Assembly: GCA_001643675.2 (NCBI GenBank)
Contig: LSRY02000008.1
Coordinates: 682,001-746,000, forward strand
Reading direction: 5' to 3'
Source of the DNA: Monocercomonoides exilis PA203
Taxonomy: Eukaryota; Protista; Preaxostyla
Length of the DNA stretch: 64,000 nucleotides
The notes beneath the pieces are model-generated. The model saw only the letters and a list, made by a program, of their open reading frames with translations, had not been told where the DNA came from and did no database searches. Both the position numbers and the translations under genes were made by a program. This document shows positions 13,248 to 25,079 of the stretch, piece by piece. The number at the start of each line of letters is the position of its first letter. Position 1 is the first letter of the stretch.

Positions 13248-13310
13248 TCTCTTCTCTTCTCTTCTCTTCTCTTCTCTTCTCTTCTCTTCTCTTCTCTTCT
13301 CTTCTTCTTC
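13248..13310. repeat. (CTTCT)n microsatellite
   Basis: Seen directly in the sequence. Confidence 0.9.
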
Positions 13311-13356
13311 TGTTGATTGAATATATTTTATAATCATCCCTCCTTCTCTAAATATT

Positions 13357-13419
<63 letters not shown>

Positions 13420-13656
13420 GAAATATAACTTTTCTCTCTCTAACTTCTTCTATTTTTATCATTTTATTCTTCTCTTCCTTCTCTTCTTCTTCTTCTTCTT
13501 CTCTTCCTGTTTCAACATACACTCAACCTGCTCTGAAGGATCAATGTGCAGATAGAATATCTTGTACCGTTCATCAAAGTTGTGTTTGAAGAGCTCGTCT
13601 TGTTTGTAGCTCAGTCAGATGTGATTGCCAGGCATTGCAGCTGAAGATGATAACGA

Positions 13657-13750
13657 TGAAGAAGAAGAAGAAGAAGAAGAAGAAGAAGAAGGAGAAGGAG
13701 AAGAAGAAGAAGAAGAAGAAGAAGAAGAAGAAGAAGAAGAAGAAGAAGAA
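13657..13750. repeat. (GAA)n microsatellite within a low-complexity, probably decayed gene region (12.4-14.3 kb)
   Basis: Long GAA run. It produces spurious poly-K and poly-L ORFs. Confidence 0.9.
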
Positions 13751-14439
13751 AAAGAGAAATAGGTGTTATATTGTTCAAAGACAGAGGAAGGCTGTGATGT
13801 TTGAGAGGATGAATGAGATGGGGATGCAGAAAGCAGTGAAGAAGAACATGAAACAAATGAAGAAGAAGAAGAAGATGATGATGAAGATTTGGAGGAGGAG
13901 GAAGAAGAGGAAGAAGAGGAAGAAGAATATAGTAAAATACGGCTGGTGGCAATAAAATATGAAGAAGAAGATGAGCAGATGTTGTGAATAAAATTCCTCT
14001 CTCTCTTTCTCTCTCTGTTGGCGTGGCTTGTGGTGAATTTGAACCAAATAAGAAGAAGTCAGCAGCATTTCCAGCAGAAAATTCGGCAAAACAAGAATCG
14101 CCAAAATTAACAGCGCTTTCAGTAAAAATATTTTGTGCGTTGAATCGAACAGTCATCGGACATTGAAATGTTTCTGCTGTAGCTGGCGCACTATCAGATG
14201 GAATGATGCCGATGCAGATAAATCTTTTGCTGATGAATTTTCACAACGTTTTCCGTCGATTCAGCTGAACATACATTTTTTATTCGCTTTTTTCATCCCT
14301 TTTTCTTCTCACCCGAGTTGATCTGAGTTCACAAACAAAGAAATGAAAGGCCCTCTCAAAAAAGTTGTCGTTCGCCATCCGAATTGAAGTTCTAAGAATT
14401 GGTGTATCTTTGTTGCTGTTGAGGAAATTTTATTTATTC

Positions 14440-14915
14440 TTCTTCTTCTTCAAAGCCACCTCATCCTTCGTTCTTTCAGCATTCTTAAAACAAAATAATA
14501 ATCACTTCAAAAAAAGAAACAACAAACCTTCTAAACATATTTTTAAGCCAATGTCTATATTTTATCCTATTGGCACTTGTTTTCTTTATCAATTTCATTA
14601 TTCCTTCCGTTTCCAAGTGTTTCATCATCTGATTCCCCAATCGTCCTTTCCAGAAGTCATTTTCCCATCAAATGCATCGATTTCCCTCTCTTCTGAAAAA
14701 TATGAAACTTATGTATTTTCTTCAATTTCATCTTTCTCAATTCAAAACAAATTAATTTTCTTCAGAAAACATCATCTCCAATTTCCTTTCCTATCCCTTC
14801 ATCATATACACTTTTCGTATAAATATTCTCTCTCAATACCATGGTCAGCCTGCACAACGAGATATCCTGCTTTTATTTATTTTCATTCATTTCCGCCTCC
14901 TGCCCTGAAAGAAAC
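14440..14915 (-). repeat. Dispersed repeat or decayed gene fragment, homologous to 25680-26150
   Basis: Shared blocks, e.g. TTCATTATTCCTTCCGTTTCCxAGTGTTTCATCATCTGA and CTGCAxAACGAGATATCC. Confidence 0.7.
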
Positions 14916-15593
14916 ACAAAAATCATCAACAGATAAATATTCATATATAGAAAAATAAATAAACAACAAACTGTTCTTCATCTCTTTTTTGTCAACACAC
15001 TCATTTCCATCATAAAAGGCATTAACAAAATCTCTTCAGAATGTCTAAGAATACATAATTACTCTTGTAATCTCAAGTGATTGCATTTAACTTTGAATCA
15101 AAACATTTTCGAAATGGAAATGAATAAACCACTTTCAGAATGCAATAAAAAGCAAAAACCCCTTTCTCAACTACTTATGGGGATTACGGAAACGACAAAT
15201 GAGTGTTTGGCAACCATTAAAGTCTTGTGAAGCTCGACTATCATCAAGTTCGGTAAAAATCACAAAAAATCGGGAAAAAGGCAGAATACTTTTAAAGTTT
15301 GAAGCATTCATAAAGACGTTCCAATAAAAATTATGGACAAACACAAACAATAAAAAAAGAGCAATAAACCCAAAGAAAACCTTCGTTTGCTGATTTTTGA
15401 ATATTTTTTGTGAAAAGAAAAACAATGCAATTGCAATATTGGGCCAAACATTCATATTTTCTCTCTGATATGATAATTCTCATTTCAACTTAGAATATCA
15501 GAAAATTTACATTGCTGAATGATCAAGTTTTTTATTCCATAATTTATTTTTTGTTTTATTATTTTTTGGATCAAACTTAAAAAGCCAAGCAAC

Positions 15594-17597
15594 ATGGGCA
15601 ATAATGCGGGGGCAATAAAAATATGGGATAATGAACGTCAATACACACGTGCGATGCTATGGATTATGGCGTTTTTTACAGAACCACCTGAGAAAATAAG
15701 ACATAAAAATACTATTGTTGATTCGGTTGGAGAAACGATGGCAACGTATTGGATCAAAAATGTTAAGACAGAGCCTCCGAAGTGGATGAGGCACGATATT
15801 TTACTTCGCAACACTTTTGGTGAAACAATGGCGATGCACTGGATAAAATCCGTAAAAACAGAACCTCCGGAATGGATGAGACATAAAATTGAGCTTGCTG
15901 ACGAGAATGGATATACAATGGCAATGTGGTGGATAGAACGTGTGAAGACAGAACCCCCAGAATGGATGAGACATGACATCACACTTCGCAGCAAGTATGG
16001 ATCAACAATGGCCATGTTGTGGATTATAGTTGTCAAGACAGAACCCCCAGAATGGATGAGACATGATATAACACTCAGCAATAATTATGAGTCAACAATG
16101 GCCATGTTGTGGATTGAGTGCGTCAAGACAGAACCACCTGAATGGATGAGACACGATATTACACTTCGCAATAAGAACGGATGGACATTAGCTATGCATT
16201 GGATAGAGAGTATAAAGACAGAACCTCCAGAGTGGATGAGACATAGCGTTACATTGCACACCTATTTTGGGTCAACAATGGCCATGCTATGGATTCAGTT
16301 TGTTCAAACCGATCCACCAGAATGGATGAGGCATGACATTACACTTGGCAACAATAATGGAGCAACAATGGCTATGATTTGGATTCAATTTGTTGAAAAT
16401 GAACCACCAGAATGGATGAGGCATGACATTACACTTGGCAATAAGAACGGATTCACAATGGCCATGATATGGATTGCAAATGTCAAAACAGAACCTCCCA
16501 AATGGATGAGACACGATACAACACTTACTCAAAAGGATAAAGAAACAATGGCTATGTTGTGGATTAGAGATGTCAAAACCGAACCACCAGAGTGGATGAG
16601 ACACGACATTACACTTCGCAACAATTATGGTGCAACAATGGCAATGATATGGATTCAATTTGTTCAAACTGACCCACCAGAATGGATGAGGCATGACATA
16701 ACACTTTCAAATGATAATGGATGGACAATGCCCATGTTTTGGATTATTTTTGTGAAGGCAGAGCCACCAGAGTGGATGAGACATCGCAATTCATTGAAAG
16801 ATAAGGAAGGGCCGACAATGGCAGATTGTTGGAAAATATTTGTAAGTACTGAATTACCGAAATGGATGAAATTTGATGAAACATTGAAAGATGAAAATGG
16901 ACAAACAGCTGGGATGAGGTGGATCATTGAGAACAAGACAGAACCACCAGAACGAATGCGGCACGACAACACGCTTGCCGATAAGTTTGGACGAACAATG
17001 GCCATGCTCTGGATAAAACATGCAAAAACAGAGCCACCAATGTGGATGAGGCACAACATCACACTGCGCGATAGAGGAGGAGAGACAATGGCAATGCTAT
17101 GGATTATGGAGACAAAATCTGAACCGCCAGTCTGGATGAGACATGACGCATCGCTTGCAGACATGGATGGGTGGACAATGGCCATGACGTGGGTCATTCA
17201 CATCAGAAAAGAGCCCCCTGAATGGATGAGACATGAAGAGGAACTTTCTGATAAGAGTGGAAGGACAATGGCGATGCATTGGATAAGATATGCAAAGACA
17301 GAACCGCCAGAACGGATCAGACATAACATCACGCTTGGTGATAAAGAAGGATTCACCATGGCGATGCATTGGATAAAGAATATCAAAGCAGATCCTCCAG
17401 AATGGATGAGGCATAGAATTGCGCTTTCTGACAGTTATGGAAGGACAATGGCGATGTGGTGGATAAGGAAAGTCAAGACAGAGCCTCCGGAGTGGATGAG
17501 GCATTACAATTCACTTAAAGACAAGAGTGGAATGACAATGTCAGATCTCTGGAAATATTTCATTGAGACCGAACCACCAATTTGGATGAAAGGTTGA
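15594..17597 (+). CDS. 30-aa tandem-repeat (ankyrin-like) protein, 667 aa, 22 units, MGNNAGA N-terminus
   Basis: Intronless ORF with the same TMAMxWI..KTEPPEWMRH repeat. Confidence 0.92.
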   Translation: MGNNAGAIKIWDNERQYTRAMLWIMAFFTEPPEKIRHKNTIVDSVGETMATYWIKNVKTEPPKWMRHDILLRNTFGETMAMHWIKSVKTEPPEWMRHKIELADENGYTMAMWWIERVKTEPPEWMRHDITLRSKYGSTMAMLWIIVVKTEPPEWMRHDITLSNNYESTMAMLWIECVKTEPPEWMRHDITLRNKNGWTLAMHWIESIKTEPPEWMRHSVTLHTYFGSTMAMLWIQFVQTDPPEWMRHDITLGNNNGATMAMIWIQFVENEPPEWMRHDITLGNKNGFTMAMIWIANVKTEPPKWMRHDTTLTQKDKETMAMLWIRDVKTEPPEWMRHDITLRNNYGATMAMIWIQFVQTDPPEWMRHDITLSNDNGWTMPMFWIIFVKAEPPEWMRHRNSLKDKEGPTMADCWKIFVSTELPKWMKFDETLKDENGQTAGMRWIIENKTEPPERMRHDNTLADKFGRTMAMLWIKHAKTEPPMWMRHNITLRDRGGETMAMLWIMETKSEPPVWMRHDASLADMDGWTMAMTWVIHIRKEPPEWMRHEEELSDKSGRTMAMHWIRYAKTEPPERIRHNITLGDKEGFTMAMHWIKNIKADPPEWMRHRIALSDSYGRTMAMWWIRKVKTEPPEWMRHYNSLKDKSGMTMSDLWKYFIETEPPIWMKG

Positions 17598-18185
17598 TTA
17601 TTTCATTTCATATGTTAGTTTTAGGATATTGAAAACATTTTCGATGTTTGTTCGAATAAACATTTGATCAAATCATCGAACTTATGTTCCGTTGAAATTA
17701 CACAGAATCCATGTTGCATTTCATGTTCCTCTCTCTTCTCTTATTTGTATCTTCATATGCATCGATATGAGATCGGACTCACTTCAATGTGTTTCCATTT
17801 CAATCTCTTTCCTCTTCTCCACATTTGTATTATCATCTCATTCAACAATTAATGATTCACACTTCAATCTTTTAATAATTATTTTTATTATAATAATTAC
17901 TATTATTTTATTCGTTGTTGAATTTATTGATGCTGCTGTTTGTTTATCAAAATTAATACACCAAAAATTATTCAATTTCGAAATTAATATTTCAACTTCG
18001 AATAAAATTTTAACTTCATGGTATTTTTCAGCTTTTCTTGTTGATGAATATAATAAAAATACAAGCTTTAATTCAATCAATGGCGCACTGTCACCATAAT
18101 AATAATGATTTTTTGGTTGAAACAAATAACTTGTCAATTTCTTGAAGATATTATTAATTACAATTGTCGACAATCTGATGACATA

Positions 18186-19194
18186 GGGCTATAATTTTAT
18201 CTTGACCTTTTTTCTTTATCTAGACCTTTTTCTTTTTTGCCATGCTTTTAGCTTTACACAAGCCCGCGATAAATAAAAAATAACCAGAAATGTTTGAAAT
18301 GTTTTTATTTCCTTATTCTGCATATTTTTTTCTATATTTCATATTTGACTCAAAGATCGAGGATAATGAAATTTTTATGTTTTGATCATTGACTTGCTGC
18401 TTTTCCATCAAATATTTTTTATCGGAAGTTTTAAGCTTTCATATCATCAAACATCGTTTATTTTTTATAAGTAAAACTTGTTTTAAACTTTCTCAACTTG
18501 TTTTTTTAACATTTTTTCTCATATCACACATTTTTTTAAAAAACACAATTTCAGAGACATGCATCCATTTGTTTTTAAATTTATTGAAATGACAAATAAA
18601 CATTATAAAAATAAAAAGATTCTTATATGCTAAAATATTTATTTGTTTGTGTATGTTTAATAATTTGAATAACAAAAAAATCATATATACTTGCTTTTCA
18701 GTTAAAATTCTTGAAGAGTTCCTTTTCATTTCAATGCTTAATACAAAAAACGATAATTAAGACTTTGTGTATTTTTTTCATTTTAATAAAATTTGACACA
18801 AACACTTGTTTATATAAAAAATCGTGTTTTAAGCAAAAACAGTGAAATGAGAAAAAAAGGTCAAAAATTAAATTGAAAATGTTAAAAATAAGTTAAAATA
18901 GAAATATAGGAATGTGGAATGCTGATGCTGTGGCTTAAAACGTTCGGAATGAAATATTGGCTTCACAGCCAGCAAGTCTTTGATCTGGGTCCAAAAATAA
19001 CAAAAATTATTAATATTTTTGTGAACATTAAAATATCAAAAAATTTTTTAACAGAATTCTGTAAAATAAAAATATCAGAAAGTCTATTTATTTTGTTTTT
19101 GTTTAAAGCCTTTTCACAAATCAAAAAAGCAAAAATAAGTTTCAAAAAAACAGGGTTGAGATAAAATTTTGAGGTCAAGATAAAATTTGCGCCC
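18186..19194. mobile_element. Non-autonomous DNA transposon (MITE-like, ~1.0 kb), copy 1
   Basis: TIRs (TA)GGGCTATAATTTTATCTTGACC ... GGTCAAGATAAAATTTGCGCCC(TA). It aligns end to end with 23464-24476, and the flanks are unrelated. Confidence 0.85.
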
Positions 19195-19936
19195 TATTAA
19201 AAATGAATATTTCATTCTTTTTGAATAACCTCATGAAAAAAACTTTTTGTTGAAGAACACAAACAGAAAAAAAAAAGTGAAAGATGTCTTTGTGTATCAT
19301 TAATAATTGTTGTTTCTTATTTCAATATCATTAATAATTACATTTTTTCCCTAAAAATGAGTTTTATTCATTTTTTGGAATTTATTTAAACAAAAATATC
19401 AAAAAAAAACAAAATCGATCATTTTTCTTCAATCAAACGAATGAATTATTAAATTTTAAAACTAAGTCTTTTGTTGAGACAAGGGTGATTATTTTTAAAA
19501 TCGTAACTTTTTTCGGAGTGTTGATTTTATAAATGTTGTATTTCTTTGAAGAAGAATTATTCTTTCAAAAGAAAAAATAATGCAAGATTATTGTGATTTA
19601 AAAAGTCTTTGTGACGTGTTACAACATTTCTATATCATGTTATCCCTTCTTTGAGTGAATTGAAAAACAAACAACATTAATTGAAAAATTTTGATATTGA
19701 CTATAATTTCACATCACTTTTTTTTTAATTGAAGTTCTAGAGAAATTTCTTTTTGTGAAAACACTAATTCATGTTGTTCCCTGACATAATTAAGTTAATA
19801 CTGTCAAATGACATAACGTAAAAAAAGATTTGTTATAATGACGGGCTTTATCAAAGTTTTTTATCACAATGTTTTTTTAACGTTAATTGAAAATTTTTCT
19901 CTCAAGACAATTGCAATATTTGACATGAAGCAATAA

Positions 19937-20702
19937 CATTCGAAATCGGATATTATCACATCGGTTTTTGTACGACTTTTCATGCTCACATTTCATTGTG
20001 ATTGTATTCGATGTTGCTGTGCACAGAAAAAAAATAGAAATCAATCAATAAACTGATTTATTTTTGGTAATATTTGATTAATGAATATTCTTCACAAATA
20101 CATTTTTATCAATTACAATAAATATTTTTTATGATTTTTTTCATAATTTTTTTGAAAAGTTCCTTTTGTTAAATTTTCAAATAAAGAAAAATTTTCATAT
20201 TTCGATAAAAATTATGCTCCCCCTCACCAAATATCGTTGTCATGAAAGCAATATCTTGACAACGTTTGTATTTCCTCTTTTGTGAAGTTTCGTTCGTTGG
20301 AACAAAAATTTGATCGTAATATGTAATTCTTTCTTTATAAAAAAATTAAGCATTTGCGACTTTTCAAAAAGAAATACCCATTTAATCACAATTTTTTTCA
20401 TTATGGGTTCATTTTTCAATGAAAAATCGATTTTTTTGAACAAAAATTTCAATTTTTCACTTTTTCAAAATCATGCTCGAAAAAATCAATATAATATGTA
20501 TTAGTGATAAAGAATAGTTATTTCCATTGAAAAATGTGTTTTTCTGAAGAATTTCTAAAAATTAAAAATAGACACATAATTAATTATTTCTAAAATAAAT
20601 TTTTGTTTTTTTCTGTGTAAAGTTACATCGTATATTATCACAATCGGATTAAGTCACAAAAAGTCGTACAAAATCCGATGTGATTATATCCGGTTTTGAC
20701 TG
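19937..20702. mobile_element. Degenerate pogo/Tc1-mariner-like MITE (~765 bp, ~75-bp TIRs)
   Basis: Left end CATTCGAAATCGGATATTATCACATCGGTTTTTGTACGACTTTT matches the reverse complement of the right end, CAGTCAAAACCGGATATAATCACATCGGATTTTGTACGACTTTT. The right end is followed by TA. Confidence 0.7.
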
Positions 20703-21135
20703 TATATGCATTTCGCGCTGTGATAATATGCAATGGAGAATGAGTGAAAAATTGACCAAAGATGTTTTTGCATGGAAAAATGAAACTTGAACTGGTGTTG
20801 ACAATATTCGATGCGAAAATCACCGGTCTGGGTTATATTGCATAAAGCTCGGTTTCAATTTAGTTTTTGGTTCAAACAAAGTTGAAATCATTCATGGTCG
20901 TTTGATCTCCTTTAGCAAATTTATTTGAAAAATTTTCAGGTTTTTGATTTGTTACTATCGCAAAAAAGGAAATTGTCCTTTAAGAAACTCTTCACATGTT
21001 ATTTGGAGAAAAGAGATTAATTTTGTTTAAAAAAAGGACCGTTCGAAATAAATTAATAATTTCCAAAAAACATTAATTTATTTCTTTGAGACTTCTAGAA
21101 ATAATGAAATTTTCATTTATTAAAATTGAAACATA

Positions 21136-21534
21136 TTGATTGTGCAACAAATGCAGGACATTGTGCAAAAAACCGAACAAGATCGTTTTTTCTAAAGTTG
21201 CAATTATAGAAATTTTTTAAATTTTCCTCATAATACATTTCATTGCTTCAAACTCAATTGATTCACGTATCATTTATTTCCTCTTTATTAACACATGGTA
21301 AAATATATTTTTTTTCAATCTCAAAGATTTTGGTTTTTAGGTTTTTCCGAGATTTCAATAAAAATTTTTAACAGTATTCAGTCAAAATGAAAATGAAATT
21401 ATCTTTAGCCAAAAAAATTAGTTTTATTGAAATGGATAAAGGGGAAAATTATCAGACTTTCTTCTTTTGAATCAATTGAGAAAACGATCTTTAAAGGTGT
21501 TTTGTGCGATGTCTGAAAGATTATGCACAATCTT
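21136..21534. mobile_element. Old degenerate copy of the palindromic foldback MITE family
   Basis: GATTGTGCA..GGACATTGTGCAAAAAACCGAACAAGATCG ... CGATCT..TTTTGTGCGATGTCTG..TGCACAATC; same architecture as 21750-22553 and 41724-42102. Confidence 0.55.
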
Positions 21535-21749
21535 TAATTTTTATATTTTTTTAAGTTTTCAGATAAAGATAGGGATGAAAGAATGTGATTCAAAAACATG
21601 GGTAATTATTTTTGATATCAAATTATTTCTATGAAAATTTTCTTTCTGAGAATTTGAATTGAATACAAATAAATGATCACAGAAAATAAATTTCCTTTTT
21701 GTTGATAATTTAACAATGAACTTATCTCAAGCATTGGAACATGATAGTA

Positions 21750-22553
21750 CAGTTTGTACAAAAAATACCGGACAAGATCGATATCTCAATAACATCAAGA
21801 AGATAAATTCTGATAATTTTCCTCAATATATATCTCAATGATACAAACTCATTTGATGAACGAGACTTTCATAATTTCCTCGTTTGAGCTCAGAAAAAAT
21901 ATTCAGTCAAGCTCGGTTATAATCACTATCCATTTTGCACGATTTTTTGTGATTATAACCGAACTTGATTATTACCGAACCATCTTTCTCATTGAATAGG
22001 ATTTCTGAATATTTTTTTGAAGATAAAAAAAATAAATTCAATATTTATTGAAATCCACACATTTGTTTCGATTTTTCAATTTTTGATGTTTGAATGAAAA
22101 TTTTTGTTAATCATAAAGCAGAAAAAACAACTTCCGTTTTTTCAAAAATTTTCTAAATAGACAGAAAAATACCCATTTATTTACAAAAATTGTGATTATT
22201 CACGATTTTCGTGTGATTATAACCGATGAATATACACAAGGATTAATACAAATTATATTGATGCACGAAAAAATGTGATTATTCGTAATCTTGATTATAA
22301 CCGAGGTGATTATAACCGAGCTTCACTGTATATCGAAATTTTCGGAGAAACTCAAAATTCTATTTCTCCGAGATTTCGATATATATTTTTTCCGAGCATT
22401 AACGAGGAATTCATGAAAGTTTTGGATATCAAATGAGTTTGTATCATTGAGATATATTTGAGGAAAATTGTCAGAATTTTTCTTCTTGCGGTTATTGAGA
22501 TATCGATCTTGTTCGGTATATTGTGTGATGTCCGGTATTTTTTGCACAAACTG
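21750..22553. mobile_element. Palindromic foldback MITE (TA|CAG...CTG|TA), interrupted by a nested element
   Basis: Arms of ~170 bp: CAGTTTGTACAAAAAATACCGGAC ... GTCCGGTATTTTTTGCACAAACTG, with TA on both sides. Confidence 0.85.
21904..22328. mobile_element. Nested pogo/Tigger-like MITE (425 bp)
   Basis: 23-bp TIRs CAGTCAAGCTCGGTTATAATCAC / GTGATTATAACCGAGCTTCACTG (1 mismatch), internal GTGATTATAACCGA repeats, inserted in a TA-rich site of the host element. Confidence 0.85.
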
Positions 22554-23013
22554 TATTGTCAAACATTTTTCATAAAATAGAAATATTTCCAGTCATAGAA
22601 GAACAACGTTTGAAAAATCAATACACCTTAAAAAGTTATGATTTCAAAAAGAATCAGCCAAATTCCTAATGAACATATTTCATAAATTAACAACAGTTTT
22701 GAATAATTTATGATGTAATTGTTCTCTTTAAAAAAACTATTAAAATTACAAGAAGTCCTTTCAACAATTCGGGGAGTTATACAATCATGTGAGAATAAGA
22801 AGAAAATAAATTGAAATGAATATTCTTTGAAGTGAATCCTTTATTTCTTGTTGAAGGATGGAAAAGTCCTTCGAAAAGGACAAAGCTCAGCTAACATCAT
22901 GAGAATTGTTGAACTGTGGTAAAACTGCATCTCAGATATTTGTATGTCATCTGATTCAGATGAAAAATTGTGTTTCTTTCTGTCTCAGAAAGCAAACATT
23001 TGAAATGAAACAA

Positions 23014-23216
23014 TCAACCATTCATCCAAGATGGTACATCTGCGTCAACATGAATTCTCCAATGATCCCCCATGGTTTTTCCTTCCTTGTCTCTCATGGC
23101 TGCGTTGTGCCTCATCCACTCTGGCGGTTCTGTTTTGTGCTCCATAATCCAATGCATTGCCCTTGTCCATCCAAAAGAATCTTTCTCAGGATTCTTCCCC
23201 AAATTTTGTTTTCCAT
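23014..23216 (-). pseudogene. Collapsed 30-aa-repeat gene (first plus last unit only), frameshifted
   Basis: The ATG at 23216 (MENK..) is 14 nt upstream of the repeat frame, i.e. a 1-nt deletion relative to the 31690 gene. The last unit and ~190 bp of 3' flank are near-identical to the 1965-5498 gene. Confidence 0.85.
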
Positions 23217-23463
23217 TTTTGTGTTATTTTTGAATAAGCAGGCAATTTCTTTTAGCACACAAAGTCGTTGTTCAACAAAAAATGAAAGATCTTAAATGAG
23301 ATTTATTGTATTATGGGTCACACCTTTATAAAGAAGTAATAAATTCTTCATGATTTGATAATTCAAAAGAAAAAAATTTTACAGTATTCATTCTGTTAAT
23401 TGCCATTTATTACAGATCACTTCTGTTTATATTTTTAGTACTCTTTTTCTGAAAAAGTATTTA

Positions 23464-24476
23464 GGGCTATAATTTTATCTTGACCTTTTTTCTTTATCAA
23501 AATCTTTTTTTTTTTCAAACTTTTAGCTTTACACAAGCTTGTGATAAATAAAAAATTACCAGAAATGTTTGAAATGTTTTTATTTCCTAATTCTGTATTT
23601 TTTTTTTTCAATTATTCATATTTTTTTACAAAAAGATCGATTATTAAAAAAATTTTTTTGTTTTGATCATTGACTTGCTGCTTTTCCAGCGAATATTTTT
23701 TATCTGAAGTTATAAGTTTTCATATCATAATGCATCGTTTATTTTTTATAAGTTGAACTTGTTTGAAACTTTCTCAACTTGTTTTTTTAACTTTTTTACT
23801 TATTTCACACATTTTTTCAAAAAACACAATTTCAGAGATATGTATTTATTTGTTTTTAAATTTAATAAAATAAAATAAAAAGAAATTTGAAATGAAATGA
23901 TATCTCAAAGAAAAAACAACAAAATATTTGTATATGACGAACAATTGTCAGATCAAAATTTTTATATGTTCTACCATTTCACTTCAAATTCTTGTTCAAT
24001 TCTTTTTCATTTCAAAATTAAATAAAAATATACAATAAATAACATCTTGTTTTTATTTTTTATGTGCTTAAAAATTTACACAAATTCATATTTGTTCCAA
24101 AAATCGTGTTTTAAGCAAAAACAGTGAAATGAGAAAAAAAGGTTAAAAATTTTATTGAAAAATTCAAAAACAAGTTAAAATGATAATATAGGAATGTGGA
24201 ATGCTGATGCTGTGGTTTAAAACGATCGGTATGAAATATTGGCTTCACATACAGCAAGTCTTTGATCTGGGTCCTTAAATAATAAAAATTTTGAATATTT
24301 TTTTGAACAAAAAAATATCAAAAAATTTTTTAACAGAATTCTGAAAAACAAAAATATCAGAAAGTCGATTTATTTTGTTTTTGTTTTTAGCCTTTTCACA
24401 AATCAAAAAAGCAAAAATAAGTTTCAAAAAAACAGGGTTGAGATAAAATTTTGAGGTCAAGATAAAAAATGCACCC
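23464..24476. mobile_element. Non-autonomous DNA transposon (MITE-like, ~1.0 kb), copy 2
   Basis: Same TIRs and internal sequence as 18186-19194, flanked by TA. Confidence 0.85.
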
Positions 24477-25079
24477 TATTAGATATTTTGAAAGAAAAAC
24501 AACAATCTATAAACTCAAGATTTTCGAATGAGTTGAAGTTTCAATAACAAAGAAGCATTTGTTACTGATGCACTTTGTGAAATTTCTTGAAACAATTTTC
24601 GTTTTGTTGGAAACATCATTTCTTTGAAAAGAAATTTTGTTTGATGAGGTTATTTGTTATTTACAAACAGCGATGATGAACAATAAAGAAAATTGAAAAT
24701 GGAATTCAATAATTACAAAATCATTAGTATTTTTATCGTTCCAGTTCTGCTGTGTGCTTCGTTATCCATTCTTTCAGTAACAATCATCACTTTAACTTTT
24801 TCCAGAAAATACTTGTGAAATGTCAATTTTCCTAGTAAATGCATCATCAAACATGGTTTTAAGGAATATTTTAAATTAAATCCTGAATGATGAGATGTGG
24901 GAAAAGAATATTTTCAACATTTCAAAAACAATTCAACAATTGAATACGAATCACATTTATCGCAATTTTCCAATTCTGATTCCAATGGAAAGTCTTTTTT
25001 CAAAAAAAAAAGATAACCAACAATTGAAAAGCACTTGGAAAGAAAAAAACAAAGTTACATTTCATTTGAACAGATAGTT

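Noticed and set aside
13122-14156. Poly-Lys, poly-Leu and poly-Phe ORFs (also at 35-37 kb and 61-63 kb)
   Set aside because: Artefacts of GAA/CTT microsatellites read in the wrong frame or strand.
1965-17597. Alternative genetic code (TAA/TAG = Gln, as in some oxymonads and diplomonads)
   Set aside because: Long ORFs use only CAA/CAG for Gln with no in-frame TAR, and genes end in TAA, TAG and TGA.
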